Both the position numbers and the translations under genes were made by a program. A stretch of DNA of 64,000 nt from Felis catus (taxonomy: Eukaryota). The first letter of the stretch is position 1; each line of letters starts with the position of its first letter. The notes under the pieces are model-generated. The model saw only the letters and a list, made by a program, of their open reading frames with translations, did not search any database and had not been told where the DNA came from. Shown in pieces: positions 22,921-35,800 of the stretch. Location of the stretch: positions 10,294,001-10,358,000 of the forward strand of contig NC_058383.1 in NCBI RefSeq assembly GCF_018350175.1, read 5' to 3'.

Positions 22921-23509
22921 ACTTTTCAACTATTCAATCCACAGGTGCTGACTTCATTTACCCCAACGCCTCCAGGCACTGGTGGAGGTGGGGGTGGGGG
23001 CAGGTACTGCTCAAAGCACTTCCCAGACCCTGTTTCATTGACTGCTTCCCACACAACCTCACCTGCTAGATTCTACAAAGTATATCCCAGTTTTACAGAT
23101 AAAGGAATTTGGGCCGGAAGCACAGACCTTTGATTAAGCGTCAGAGGTCTTTTCAAACGGACTCCAAAATCTTGTCCCTTAACCAGGATTAGGTTCCTCC
23201 TGAATTCATTATTATTATTATTATTTGCATTTAAGTAGCTTCGATAAAGCCATTTTTAGAAAACAAAAAATACAAATTCCAATAAGTATGAAGGCATATT
23301 TATCATTGTTGTGTCTTTCTGGGGGGGAAAAAGAAGTAGATATGAAATAAATATCTATTGGAACATGAAATCATATTGGAACATGAAAGAAAGAAAAAAA
23401 AAAACACGATTATTTCTTGTGGTTTCGCCTCCAACAACCCAGCCATGACAGCACCTACCTGTGCCCCGGGCGAGCTCCTCAGGATGCCCCAAGGTTGTTG
23501 TCACAGGGA

Positions 23510-23815
23510 AACCGGCCTCGCAGACTAACAGGGGACAACATAGCAACCCAAAACTTTCCACCAAGTTCAGCAGCGCGCGCAGGTGCGCCGGGCCCGCGCC
23601 CCCGGTGTCTGCTGCCCCCGCGCGGTCGCATTGCCGTCCTGTATCCGCAGGGGAGCACCCGAGCGACCTCGAACACCAGGAACGAAGCAAGTCCAAAGTG
23701 GGCTCCCGGCCCTTCTCTAGCCCTGGGTCTTGAGCTGGGGAAGGGAGTCTGCGCAGGGAGGCATGGGGAGAGGAATGGCGCCCCCTGGCGTCGGGCAAGG
23801 CGGCGGCCACTGATA
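23510..23815. promoter_or_regulatory. Intergenic CpG island with CTCF-like motif
   Basis: Dense CpGs (gcgcgcgc, gcgccgggcccgcgcc). GCGCCCCCTGGCGTC at 23778-23792 is the reverse complement of a CTCF core (GCCAGGGGGCGC). Confidence 0.55.
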
Positions 23816-24719
23816 ACTGGGCTATCCCACCTGGTCGTCCCCGTTACCCTGCAAGGTGCAGACAGGGCCAGGGCGGGGAGGTAGTTATTGCCCAAGGTTA
23901 CACAGCACAGTAGTGCAAGATGGCCTTGAACCTAGGTGTTGAGAATGAAAGAGGAAGTGGTGGAGGGCTCCCCACCTAAGGATCCGAGTTGATATGGAGC
24001 AGTTCTTGCTGCCCTTACACGCAGCCTAGCAGGTAGGGATCTCCAGGCAGGTACTCCTTCATTTGCTCATGAATTCAACAAATATTTGTGGAATTCCTAC
24101 TGTGCACCTGGCACTGGTCCAGGCATGGGACACCGTAGTGAGAGAAATTTATGGTCCTGGTCTCTGGAGGTGGCTGGGCAGAAAGATGAAGAAGGAAGGC
24201 GACCAGGTGACTCTGGGTTTTCTGGTCGATGGTAACTGCGTGGCCGGGACTAGGTCAGGGGAGGTCCTGACCTCTATCACTGTATTTCCAGCCTTGCAGA
24301 CCCCTCTGGGTCCCTCCCCTCCTGTGGTCTGGGCAAGCGCCGAGCCACTGAGAGGCCTTGCTGAAATCTAACTTGGGGACCAAGCTTGGGAGCTGTTTGA
24401 GCTCCCCTCCCCCACCCCAGACGCCTTTGCCCTAGTCTCACCTCCTCATGAGCTGAAGGGACTGTCTTGGAGCCCACAGCAACCTCCTTGCTGCCTTGGC
24501 TTTTTGATGGCTCTCACTGTGTCATGTAGAATATTCTGTGGCCTGTGTGTCCCTTGCCGATCTCACCACTTGCCTTGTGCTCTTCCCCGCCTCCCACTTT
24601 ATGCTCTAGGAAGATGAAATTGTTTGAATCATGCTGTTCCCTCTGTCTGGACCATCCTTCCCACTTCCTCTGAGAACTTCCTACCCATCCTTCAAAACTT
24701 AGCTCAAGGAGGCTTTTCT

Positions 24720-24956
24720 TTTTTTAAAAAAAAAATTAAAAAAAATTTTTTTTAACGTTTATTCATTTTTGAGACAGAGAGAGACAGAGCATGAATGGGG
24801 GAAGGTCAGAGAGAGAGGGAGACACAGAATCCGAAACAGGCTCCAGGCTCTGAGCTGTCAGCACAGAGCCCGATGCGGGGCTCGAACTCACGAGCCGTGA
24901 GATCATGACCTGAGCCAAAGTCAGACGCTCAACTGACTGAGCCACCCAGGCGCCCC
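24720..24956 (-). mobile_element. Carnivore SINE
   Basis: Reverse-complement SINE consensus. Confidence 0.92.
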
Positions 24957-26086
24957 ACAGGAAGGAGGCCTTTCTGAAGCCCCAGTGACCCCCCCAGTGC
25001 CATAATGTCGCAGCCACAGAGGGTGGGAGGGGGAGAGGCAAGGCAGAGGACAGAGTGGAGGGACTTTGCACGCTGCACCCTCCAGCCCTCAGCTGTTGCC
25101 CCAGGAGAGGAAACAAAGGGGCCAACAGGACTGCCCTGGGCAGAGGTCATCCTTTGTGTTCCAGGGATTCATAATGGCAGGTTTCCATGTCCAGTTGGGC
25201 AGGTTGTATCCTGCACAAGGTGCCTGGCTGAGGTGGCAGGCGAGGACTGAAATCACGCTGTGTGCAAGGGCTGAGGCGGCGCCCACCCTTCTGATGGGCA
25301 CAGAGGGGCTGAGCCACTGAGCCCCACACTACGGCAGCCTGTCCAGCAGAGGGGGAGCTTTCAAAACATTTCTAAAAGGCGTGAGAGCCTCCTCCCGCAG
25401 CCTCCTGGGGCCACCTGCCGGGACCCAGACAGAAAAGCAATGTGAGAAATGCTGGGATCAAGGTTCTGGTTCTCCCAGAATTCGAAGCCTTTGCTCCTAA
25501 TCCCAGCCTCCTGCAAACTTCCAGGGATGCTCCAGGCAGCCTGTGGCCTCCTGGTTGCCCTGAGCGGGCTAGCTCAGCAAACTGTCCCCTTTCCTGCAGC
25601 CTCTGCCTCTCTCCTGAACCCTGGGGCCTTTAGGTCAGCACAACTTTCCTCCCCTGTCCTCCTCTAGCAGAGTCTCAGGTATCACGAGGGTCTGAGAGGA
25701 AAAGTCACAACCTCATTTTTCCTCTTTGTGGCGAGGGTGGGGGTGGGGGAATGGGGAAGGAGCTTTTCCATCTGCCTCCAAATACTGTGTCACCTGTGGC
25801 CTTGGGGAATCAAGATTTCTATTTCCCAGGCCTTGAATACTTTGGGATTTCCAGGGATGTGGGCGGGCCAGATATGGAGTCGATGTCCCCAGGGCCGTCT
25901 CCAGTCGGGAAGGGGACAGAGCATAGAAGAAAAGTATCCTGCTTTTTGTGCCCTGGAGAGGCGGGAGGCAGGTAAAAGGGGGTCTCTTGTGGCAACTGGG
26001 TCCCCACGGTAACTTGGCCCCCACCCTGCGGTATCTGTGAGGTCACCCTCCCTCTCCCAGCTGGACGAAGGGGAGAAGGGCCAGAC

Positions 26087-27833
26087 ATGGAGGCCGTTCC
26101 TCCTGTCAGATGCAGCCTCTTGGGGATTCTGCTGCTGGTGGTGAAGCTCTCGGTGCTGGTGAGTGGGGAACGGGGGTCACTGGGGGGGGTCCACCCAGCC
26201 ATCCACAGCCACCTCAGGGCTGTTGGAGCCCATGGGCCTGGCCCAGCCTGTAGAACTGGGTGACTGCCCGCCTGCCTGGAGTGATCTGACAGCTCTCAGG
26301 AGCCCCATCCCTAAGCCACGGTGCCCACGGTGGGGCACATGGCCACCCCCAGATGGCTGTCTCCTGCATCGTCCCCTAGGGCTCCAGGTGGTCCTCTGGA
26401 CAGTGGCACATGAGGTCCAGACAGAGGGGATTGGCGTTACTCAGGGCTGGGGGCTTTAGGGCTCTGATGAGGGACTGGGCTGTTCAGCCCCAGGACTCAG
26501 GCGGAGCTTTCCCGTTTACAGACTCTTTCCCCACCCAAGCGCACTCTTTTCTCCCAGTGGATGGGAGACATCATATCCACCCTGTCACCCAGGACAGAAG
26601 CCTGGAGATCTTCTTGGGGCCCTCCCTCTCCTTCACCCCTCTCCATAGTGTGACAGTGATGCCCCTATGCCTCACATCTCTCTACCCCCTGGCTGCCCTC
26701 TGCCCCCCAGCTGCCCTCAACAGACAACTGGTGGGCAGGAAAGCCCAGGCGCTTGGGAGAAAAAACTGCCCAGGGTTCAAATCCTGCAGGATCAGAGGGC
26801 TGGGGGGATGGTCACTCCTTATGTAATAATTAATAATAATAATAATAATAAATCAGCTTCCTTCAGTCTAGAGTATTGTAAATAATCACTTAAATCCAAG
26901 GGAAAAAAAAAATCAAAGGTAATACGAAACACCTTCTACAGTCCCCACCTGAGAGTGGAGTCCTTAGCGGCGGGCAGATGAGGATCATTCTTGCTGGGGA
27001 AACTGAGGCCTCGAGGGAAGGAGGCCCGGTAGCCCCACCCCCTACGGCAACGGTGACGATGGGTGACGATGGGCTGGCTCTCCCTGCTCCCGCAGCTGGT
27101 CCAGAACCGCATCCACCTCTACAATTTCCTGCTCCTGAAGATTGTCTTCTTCAACCGCTGGCTGTCGGGGCTGGCCCAGGAGGCCTGGGGGTCCTGCAGC
27201 CCCGAGGCCCACCCACCCCCTGGGCTTGCAGCCAGCCCCGCGGGCCGGGTGCTACGGGCCGGGCTGGCACCGATGGCAGTCCCCGTGTGGCTGGCGTGGG
27301 CCGGCGTGCTGGGCTGTGTGCGGGCCTCGGGCCTGGCCTGGAAGCAGCTAGGCCTGTCCGCGGCCACCTGCAGGGAGCTGCTTCTGTCGTGTCTACACAG
27401 CCTGACGCCGGTAGTGTTGCTGCTGTTGCTGCTGACCAGGAGGCTGTGCCAGAGGGCCCATGGCCGCAGCGTGGTCTGGTGGCTCAGCAAGGTAGGCTGC
27501 TGAGGGCAGGCCTGGGGCACTGGGCGAGGCACTGGGGCGCTGCCACCCTGCGAGCTCCTGGTGGCCAGCCGCCCGTCCGCTTATCCCCTCCAGGCTCTGC
27601 TGGACAAGTGTGCGGTGCCCGAGCTCCTGGCTCTGCTGAAGCGTCCGTACTGGTGGGTGGAGAACGCAGCCACGCTCACCTCCTGGCACCTGGCCTATCT
27701 CGTCGCCTGGACCACTTGCCTTGCCTCCCGCCTGCTGCAGGCTGCCTTTGAGCACACGGCCCAGCTGGCCCAGGCTCAGGAAATTGAGCCCCAGGAGGGC
27801 TCAGGGCCCGTGTCCGAGTCCCCCACGCCCTGA
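26087..27833 (+). CDS. TMEM270: Transmembrane protein 270 (WBSCR28), join(26087-26158,27096-27491,27594-27833), 235 aa
   Basis: MEAVPPVRCSLLGILL / LVQNRIHLYNFLLLKI / ALLDK...YWWVE...TSWHLAYLVAWTTCLAS match WBSCR28 as recalled. Phase-0 GT-AG introns (GTGAGT, cgcag, GTAGG, ctccag). Syntenic position next to METTL27. Confidence 0.9.
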
Positions 27834-27887
27834 GCGCCCGGGCCCCGAGGCTGGGCCAGCCCTGTCAGAGCATGGGACCCCTGGAGA

Positions 27888-27893
27888 ATTAAA
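27888..27893 (+). terminator. TMEM270: TMEM270 polyA signal (ATTAAA)
   Basis: ATTAAA 55 nt after the stop, followed by GT/T-rich sequence. Confidence 0.6.
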
Positions 27894-27958
27894 GTGTGTC
27901 CCCATCTGCCTTTCTGGATCTGGTCTGGTTTTCTCGCTCCGTGCCCTTCTTCTTTACT

Positions 27959-28003
<45 letters not shown>

Positions 28004-28469
28004 ATGCACACGCGCACGTGTGCCCTAGGGCTGCCCCTCGGAAGGAAATCGCATTCTGTGGGCACCTGATATATGCCAGATGACCCTCTCAGACACTTTA
28101 CGTACATGATTTTGTTTAAATCTCCTAACATCACAGGCATCAGGTTTGATTAGCTCAATTTTCCAGATGAGAAAATTGAACCTCAGAAGGGTTGAACATT
28201 CCCAAGATCCCAGAGTAAGTCAGGGAAAGTTCCAGCAGTGGAACTAGATTTTTTTTTTGTTTTTCAGAACCTCTAACCTTCTCTAGGTCTGTGCCCCTGA
28301 TTCTCAGGGCTTTAAGGGACATGAGTTGTTAGAGACTCTGGCCTCTGGGGGGTGCCAAGGCCTCACATTTCAGAGATTTAGAAAGTTCCTTTTGAGACGC
28401 AGTTCTTCCTGAGCCGGTCTGCAGCTAGCCCATCCATTCATTTACACTCTTAGCCACTCAGTTTCCCAC

Positions 28470-28800
28470 TCATCCATCCATCCATCCATCCATCCATCCA
28501 TCCATCCATCCACCTATCCACCCATCTATCCATCCATCCATTCAGCCAGCCAGCCAGCCAGCCATCCATCAATCCAGACATCTGCCCATCCATCCACCCA
28601 TCCAACCATCTGTCCATCACATCCATCCATCCATCCATTCATCCATCCATGTGCCCATCTGCCCATCCATCCATCCATCCATCCATCCATCTGCCCACCC
28701 CCTCATCCATTCATTCCTTTGCCTGCTTACCCAACCACCTACTTACCATCCATCTACCACTCATCCACAAATCCATCCACAGATCCCTCCATCTATCCAT
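28470..28800. repeat. (CCAT)n tetranucleotide repeat, degenerate toward its right end
   Basis: Direct inspection. Confidence 0.9.
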
Positions 28801-29684
28801 CTCCTCCAGGGAGAGGGAAACATCCCAAATCTCAGCCAATCTGAGCTGGGCAAGCTCAGGCTATAGTGGGTCAGACACCCACCCTGTCCTTAAGCCAGTG
28901 ATTCTGTGAGAAGGAAGGGAAAGGATGGTTTCATGGGAGTTAGCAATCACCCTCCACTCACTCCCAAGCCCGAGGGTGGTGTGAGGGTGGGCAGACATTC
29001 CAGACAATTCTGTCCTATGTTCGCCTTCTGCGTTCTGGTTCCCAGGGAAATTAGGGCCAGATTCCTGCCCTGTCTCCCATATGAACCTGCAGATGGCCCA
29101 GGGTAGGTGTTGGGGGGGGGGACTTCTGGGCCCTTTCCCTGAGTCTGAGGAGCAGGCTTGGCCTGCCCGTGGGGGGAGACATCTGAAGGGCTCCCATCTG
29201 GCCAGCGAGGCAGAACATCTGCTGGGAAGGAGGGCCCTCGAGGCCTTGGTGCTGGAGTAAATGTGACTGGGATTCCAGAACACACGATGTGCAGGGGAAG
29301 CTGGGCGCTGAAGTGTGTGAAGTTGGCTCACCGCTGAGGCTGGGGACCCGGGGAATGGGAAGGAGGCCCCAGGGCAGTCATCTGGAGCTGCATGGGTCTT
29401 GAGCTGCCAGGGACCAAGGTGGTGCTTGACAGGACTGTGGCCTGTGGGGCTTGGGGTACTGGCAGCAAGGGAGGGGGGCAGGCGGAGCGGGGTCTCAAGG
29501 GCGAAAGGGGACAGGAAGGGTGGTGGGCTTGCACATGGTGGGGGCAGGGAGGGGGGAAGGGACAGAAGCCAGGAGGGGGCTGGGCGATGGGCTGGAGGCC
29601 GGGACCAGCAGGCAGGCTTGCATAGCCCTGGCCAGCGGCTACTGGCCAGACTGCATATGTAATACTAGTATTTTTCCTTTTACT

Positions 29685-29721
29685 AAATTAAAAAAAAATT
29701 ATTTTATGTTTATTTATTTTT

Positions 29722-29752
<31 letters not shown>

Positions 29753-29920
29753 TGCAAGCGGGAGAGGGGTCAGAGAGAGAGGGAGGCACAGAATCCGACT
29801 TTGGCTCCAGGCTCTGAGCTGTCAGCACAGAGCCCGACGTGGGGCTTGAACCCACGAACTGCGAGATCGTGACCCGAGCCGAAGTCGGACGCTTAAATAA
29901 CTGAGCCACCCAGGCGCCCC
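29685..29920 (-). mobile_element. Carnivore SINE
   Basis: Reverse-complement SINE consensus. Confidence 0.92.
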
Positions 29921-32900
29921 TCCTTCTAAACTTTTACAAAATCACCCACAATTCGGACGTGTTAAGGTAAAAATGCGTCCTTCCTCCCTGGTTCAAAACT
30001 TGAGAGAAAAAAGGCTCCTTTCTGGCCGTGAGTCGTTGCATTCACGCAAACCTGCACGCGTGCTCACACGACACATCTGTAGAGGGGTCTCTGGCAGGGA
30101 CCCCACCGAACCATGCACGTCAGTAGGCAACAGACTTTTCTGCCTTTGATGACCTGCCACGCACCCATTCCTGAGGCGGTCCGCGTGGACGTCTTGTCCT
30201 TTCGAATGGCTGCACTGAGCTCTCAGGGCAGCTTCCAGTTCGGCCCTTCCCACCCTGGGGTTCTGGAGGGGGTGAGCCCCAGAGGAACGGCCTGGGGGCA
30301 GCGAGGGGTGCAGGTGGGAGGTGGCCCCGGTCCCAGAGAGCTCCTCTCTGACTCTCCACCTGCCACATGCTCCGGTCTTGGGGTTGACGTCTCTGGGGCT
30401 TAAGGGACCGGGGCCGGGGCCGTTGGCCAAGGCTGGCAGAGGGCGAGGGCCTCGCCTGGCCTTGGACCTGGGGTGCAGGGTGGGGCCGACAGACCAGCCG
30501 GGACTCAGGACGCTGCTGCCCTGAGCGTGCCCACCTGCTCAGCTTGCCCCCCACACACAGCCGGCCCCCACGTCCTCAGCTGCTGGCGGGAAGGAGGCCC
30601 CAGCTGGCAAAGGCCCGACGTGTACTTTCCACATAGGGGCTCTGCAGGGGGGCCTCCAGTGTGGCTGCCTGGGCTAAGTGCCCGCTAAGTACCTCAAGGC
30701 CTGGAAGGTAGAGTAGGTCCAAAGGCAGATTGGGAACCCATCCTTTGGGCTGCTGCGGCTGGGAAGGCTTCCTGAAGGAGGGGGCATTGGAACTGGGTTT
30801 ACAAGAGAGGCATGTACCACAGGCCCTGCGCTCTGGCCCCAGATCAGCACTGTCAGGCTCTTAACCTCTCTGGACCTGGGTTTCTCCCTGCTGTTGCTGA
30901 TATGTGCCCAGGGAAGGGCCCCCCGCTGGGTTTTAGGACACAGGCTGACGCCGAGTCTGCCCCGGGCAGCGTCCAGGCTGAGGAGCTGGGGCAGCTCTGA
31001 GCAGGGGGAGGCTTGTGAGAGGTGACGGCCTTCCCGCCCCGAGGCCAGGGCCCGAGGAGAAGGTTCCGTAGGTCTGGCTTGCTTCTTCCTGTGACTTAGA
31101 TGAAGCTCTGCCCTCTCTGGGCCTCGGTTTCCGTGTCTGTGACCAGATGATCCCCCATGAACTAGCCAGCACTCGAGGGGGCCCCACGGACCTAGACGCC
31201 TCAGTGGGGAGGTGGTCTTGAGCAGGGGGAGCTGGGTCTACGTGTGCCCCCTACTCGAGCCGGGGGCTGGCTCTGTGGAACTACACGTCTAGGCCTTGGC
31301 TGTAAGTCCTCCGGGGCTTTCTGAGACCCTGGCATCCGGGGACTGGGGTTTGGGAGAAAAGACGGGGGGGCAAGACCCTGCCCCTGGCTGCCCCTCGCAC
31401 GCAGTGGGCAGATCAGAGGCCTTGGAGTCAGAAAGCCTCAGGGGTTTGAATCCTGGATCCACAGCTTCCTGGCTGCATAACCTTAGGCAAGTGTCTGAAC
31501 CCTGTGAGCCTCAGTTTCCCCACCTATGAACAGGCATGATCACAGCACGTCTGGCCTCACAGGACTGTCATCGGGTCTGTGCGTGAGGCAGGAGGGACTG
31601 GGTACCCCAGCTCCCTCTGCTTCCTTCCCAGGGGCTGCGGATCCCCGTTCTGAGGCCTAGGGCAAGGGCGGTCAGTCCATCTGCCTCAGGCCTCTGTGTG
31701 TGTGTGTGTGGAGGGGCCCTGGCCCGCCGGAGGAAAACAAGTGGGGGGCAGTGAGGAGGGGGGGACTGTGGGCAGGGTGGGGGGAATTGGCTGAAGGGCC
31801 GGCCAGCAGCTCCACGCAATCTGTCTGCTATGCAGTCCCGGGCCTGGCCTGTATTTATTTATGCTGAGCGTATATTTATATCAGCCCCTTTCTCATTAAT
31901 AGGGCAGGAAATGGCTGGAATTGTTACATACCTGGCCGCCCAGGGGTCCCGCTCCGCCAAGGCACACAGGGCGCTGGCTGCCCGGCCACGACTGCGAGGG
32001 GCCCCCTCCTCAGTCCCCGGCCTGAGTCCCTGGCCTTTCACTGACCTCGCTTTGCATCGACCCCCCTTCGCTTCCTTGAGTTCCTACTCGTGCCCCCCCC
32101 CCCCCCCCCCGCCGAGCATACAGCCCTGGGAAAAGCGGGTTCATTTTCTGGCTGTTCCCTGTCCCCCAGCTCCTGACCCCCTCCCGACCTCAGGGGAGAC
32201 AGAAGTGTGAGGTGCTGTCCAGGTCCAGCTTACAGAATGGGGGAGCACTGGGCAGACGGAAGGCAGAGCTTCCGAGTGAGAAATCAGGGTCCCCTGATTT
32301 GGGCATGGGGTCCTGGAGCCCTGGGGTGGGGTGTGGGCAGAAGAGAAAGTGACGGGGTGGCGAGAGCCCTCCCGAGGTCCCCGGGGCTCTGCTCCCCAGC
32401 ACAGCCAGGCTACACGTCCACCAGGATGCACCCTGCAGGTCATAGGACCCCCGTGCATCCGACAGGGGCCCGACAGGGGGTGGGGGCTCATCCTCGTCCC
32501 GTCCTCCTGGCCACCGTGGCCAACCGAGGCTTCCCTGCCGGCGGCCCAGCAGCCCCCTCCCTGGCCTTCACGGCTGCACTCGGAAGCAAGCCAGAGTCTG
32601 TTGGGCCTGGGCCCCAGGTGGGGCTGCCGGGGCTGAGAGGCACGGCCCCCTCCCCAGAACGCTCTCCTGACATAACCAATTCGTTTCTGTGCCTCGGCCC
32701 GCTCCCCCAGCCGGTCTCCCCTCCCAGGCCAGGCTGTGCTGTCCTGCTGTCCCTCCCCTGGGTGGCTTTGCTGGGGTGGGGTTAGAAGGAGCCTGCGGGA
32801 TGCCCGCCTGCCCTGGGGCAGGGGGGGGGGGCGGTAGCTGTGCCTGTTCCCCTCCCCGCAGCTGGGGCCCACGAGCTGTATCCACTCAGAGCCTTTTCCT

Positions 32901-35574
32901 AGGCCAGGTCTCCTGGTAGCTCCCCTGTGCTCAGCTGGGCCTGGCCTCCGACTTCTGCCCCCTGCAGCCTCAGTGCCCTCCCGGCTCAGAGGCCAGAGTG
33001 GGGCCAGTGTGCAGATATGGTGACTAAAGCTTAGAGGCGAGGGCCTTTCCTGAGGGCCTGCCCTTTGCCCTCACCCGGCTCTGTCAGCAGTACGTCTAGG
33101 GCCTGGGGCAAGGGGGTGGGAAGGGGGCGGTTCCTGACCTTGAGGAGGGGACACTGAGAACCTCCAGTTCTCTAGGCCAGAGCCCCCCTGGGTGGTGGGA
33201 GCGGCTGCTGCATGCCTGGGGCTCAGGCAGGGGTCTCTGGGTTTGTGGCCGTCCCACCATAAAGGGCAGATGTGCTATATGGGGACAGGAGAGCCAGGCC
33301 CCAGGTAGAGGGCCACGCCCGGGTTCCTTCTCCCCAGACGCCATGTTGAGCCACCAGCCTGCACAGCCCCACGTCCGTGCCCGAGCCCTGGCCAGCAGCA
33401 GGTGCCTGGTGCTTCTCCGGCCCTGCCTGGCTCTGCCTGGCCTGGCCAGGTGGTCTCAGACAGGTGGCTCTTCTGGGAGCTGCCCGTTTGGAAGATGAGG
33501 ACCCCACACCCTGCACGGGAGCTGTGAGGCCCCGATGAGGCAGGTGAGGGGCTCACACAGGATCCGGCACATGGTGGGTGCTCAGCAAATAGGAATATCT
33601 CTTCTGTCACCTCCACGTGGCGGCTAAGTGCCTGGGGCCTGGGGCTCAGGTCAGGTCAGCTCGGGTCCTCTGCCCGGCCATGTTCCCGTCCCTCCACGTT
33701 CCAAATGGACTAGGGGGGAGGCCGAGGGGCGGCCAGCTCCTCGGAGATTCCCCTGGGGCTGGACTATGTCGCCCACCCCACAGACCCCGTCTCAAAGGTC
33801 AGGGCAGTGTCTCCTCTCGATGCTTGAACTAGGAGGTCCAGGTCACCTAACTGTGGGAGCCTGGGAGCATCTGTGTGGGAGGGAGAGGCAAGCATCCGTC
33901 CCCGAAGTGTCCTCTCCCTCAGACCCTCTGCTTCAAGTTGGGGTCCTGCCTGTCCCCGGCTTGTGTGACCCTGGACAGGTCATTGGGCCTTCCCTGCTCA
34001 TGCAATGAGGCGTAAGCCTTCAGGCTCTGTGGCTCCTGAGTCAGAGTCAGAACGCTTCTTGGCCCTGGGGTTTGGGGTGCTGGAGAGGGTAAGTGTGGAG
34101 GCCCCTTGTTCCAGCCCCCGAAGCCCCAGGCCCCCACGTCCGGCTGCTGCAGCTGAGCGCTGCAGGGAATAGATAGACCTTGGGGATAGACCGCATCCAT
34201 CTGGAGCTGTGTCCGCCCCCACCCCAGACCCACATCTGGAGCCCAAAGCCGGCTAGCCGGCTAAACACGGAGCATCTGGGCCCCGAAGAGCCTGCTCCCA
34301 GGTTAATGCGGCCCATCTGGGCCCCTGGTTGCCGCTCCGCCCTGTCTCCACAGCGGATGCTGGCGCACATCTGGAGGGCTGGAGCCCTGTGGTCGCTCCG
34401 CCTTCCCGTGCTGCCTGGGGTTCCCTCCCCGAGGCCGGGGTCTTACGCACAGAGGGCTCATTCTTCCTTTCTGGATGACACGGCTCCTAGGACTTCCTCT
34501 GGGAGCTGCCTCGGGAGTAGCCCAGTTTTGACATAACGTGGACACATGTCCCTTGCCAGAAGTGGTGACAGCTGCCACTCTGCAGCAACTCACCCTGCAG
34601 CCCTTGGCATTGCTTGAAAGAGCCTCTGGGGCCCCCAGCGTCCTCTGCCCGCCTGCCCCTCCCCACGGCGCCCAGGATGCCGCGGGGCGTGTCACTAGCT
34701 CTGGGGGACCATCCTGGGTCCCTGTCACGAAGCCCACCTCACACGCTGTGTCTGGCTGTCACTTCCCTTCTCTTCCTCAATTCCCAGCCAATGGGGGTGC
34801 TCAGCAGGATGGGGGCAGACGTCTCCCCAGGGGCCCCAGACTCAGAGAGGAGAGCTTAGAAAAGGAGGTTGCCCGAGGGAAGCAGGCTGCCATGCAGCAC
34901 AGACTTCGTGGGGGCAGCCAGGGGGGAGGGACGCAGGCCTGGGTTGGAGGAAACTTGTGGGTCATGGGAATTGCCCAGGGGCGGCCTGGACTGGTTCCTC
35001 CTCAGACTGCCCTTTTGAGGGGACATGGGGCCCTAACGAGTAAGGCGTAGGAGCCTTGTCACTGTCATTGGGCTAGTGAGCTCCTAGCGCCAGGCCCAAG
35101 CCCCATTATTCCAAGATTCTAGGCTTCTGAAATGCTGCCTTCTCAGACTCTGAGCTTCCTGTGACCGGAGGTACAAACAGCTACCAGGTACATAGGACGG
35201 AGGGAGGAAGCGGGGGGGGGGGAGAGCGCCCTGAGAATGCAGGCAAGTGTCTCTAGCCTGTGGCCTGGGCCGAAGGCCTTGCTGTCTCCCTGCCCGGAAT
35301 GCTCTCTGCTCCGCCGCTGGCCCAGCCTCCGAGGCCTGGGGGTGTGAGCACAGAGCCCACCGATTTTGCATCCTGTGGTCAAGCTTTATCAGAGCATCAC
35401 TGGCCCCAGTTGAAAGGAATCCTTCAATGCCGTAGCCTCCAGCCCGGAGGACCCGGGGCATCAGGCAGTTGAAACCGCAGAGCTTCATGCCTCCTTCTCT
35501 ACCTCCTTTACCCACGGAAAATTTGACTCAACAAACATTCAAGACGGAGACACAAATAAAAAAAATCACAAGGG

Positions 35575-35800
35575 GTAGCATTTATTGAGTCTTTACTGTG
35601 GGCCGGATACCGTTCTGAGGGCTTGGCTTGTGTTAATTCATTCCAGCCTCCCTTGTGAGGGAGGTACCGTTGTTATCACCGACCCATTTTCCAGACGGGG
35701 AGCCTGAGGCTTCAGGTCCACTGAGCCTTTGGGTGGCAGAGCTGGGTTCAAATCAGGCAGTCTGGCTCCAAAGCCGGGTCCTTGACCATTGCTCCTCATT
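35575..35800 (-). mobile_element. MIR element (other MIR cores at ~2230-2410, 3545-3640, 11640-11800, 28060-28250, 31420-31570, 36430-36630, 54375-54490)
   Basis: MIR core motif cccattttacagatgaggaaactgaggc and variants. Confidence 0.7.

Noticed and set aside
23356..23388. Short tandem duplications (TATTGGAACATGAAA x2; also 52142-52165 and 56266-56289)
   Set aside because: Two-copy slippage events without spacers; not an array or CRISPR-like structure.
26978..27751. 257-aa ORF overlapping TMEM270
   Set aside because: Wrong frame, starts in a MIR-like motif; the spliced TMEM270 model explains the region.
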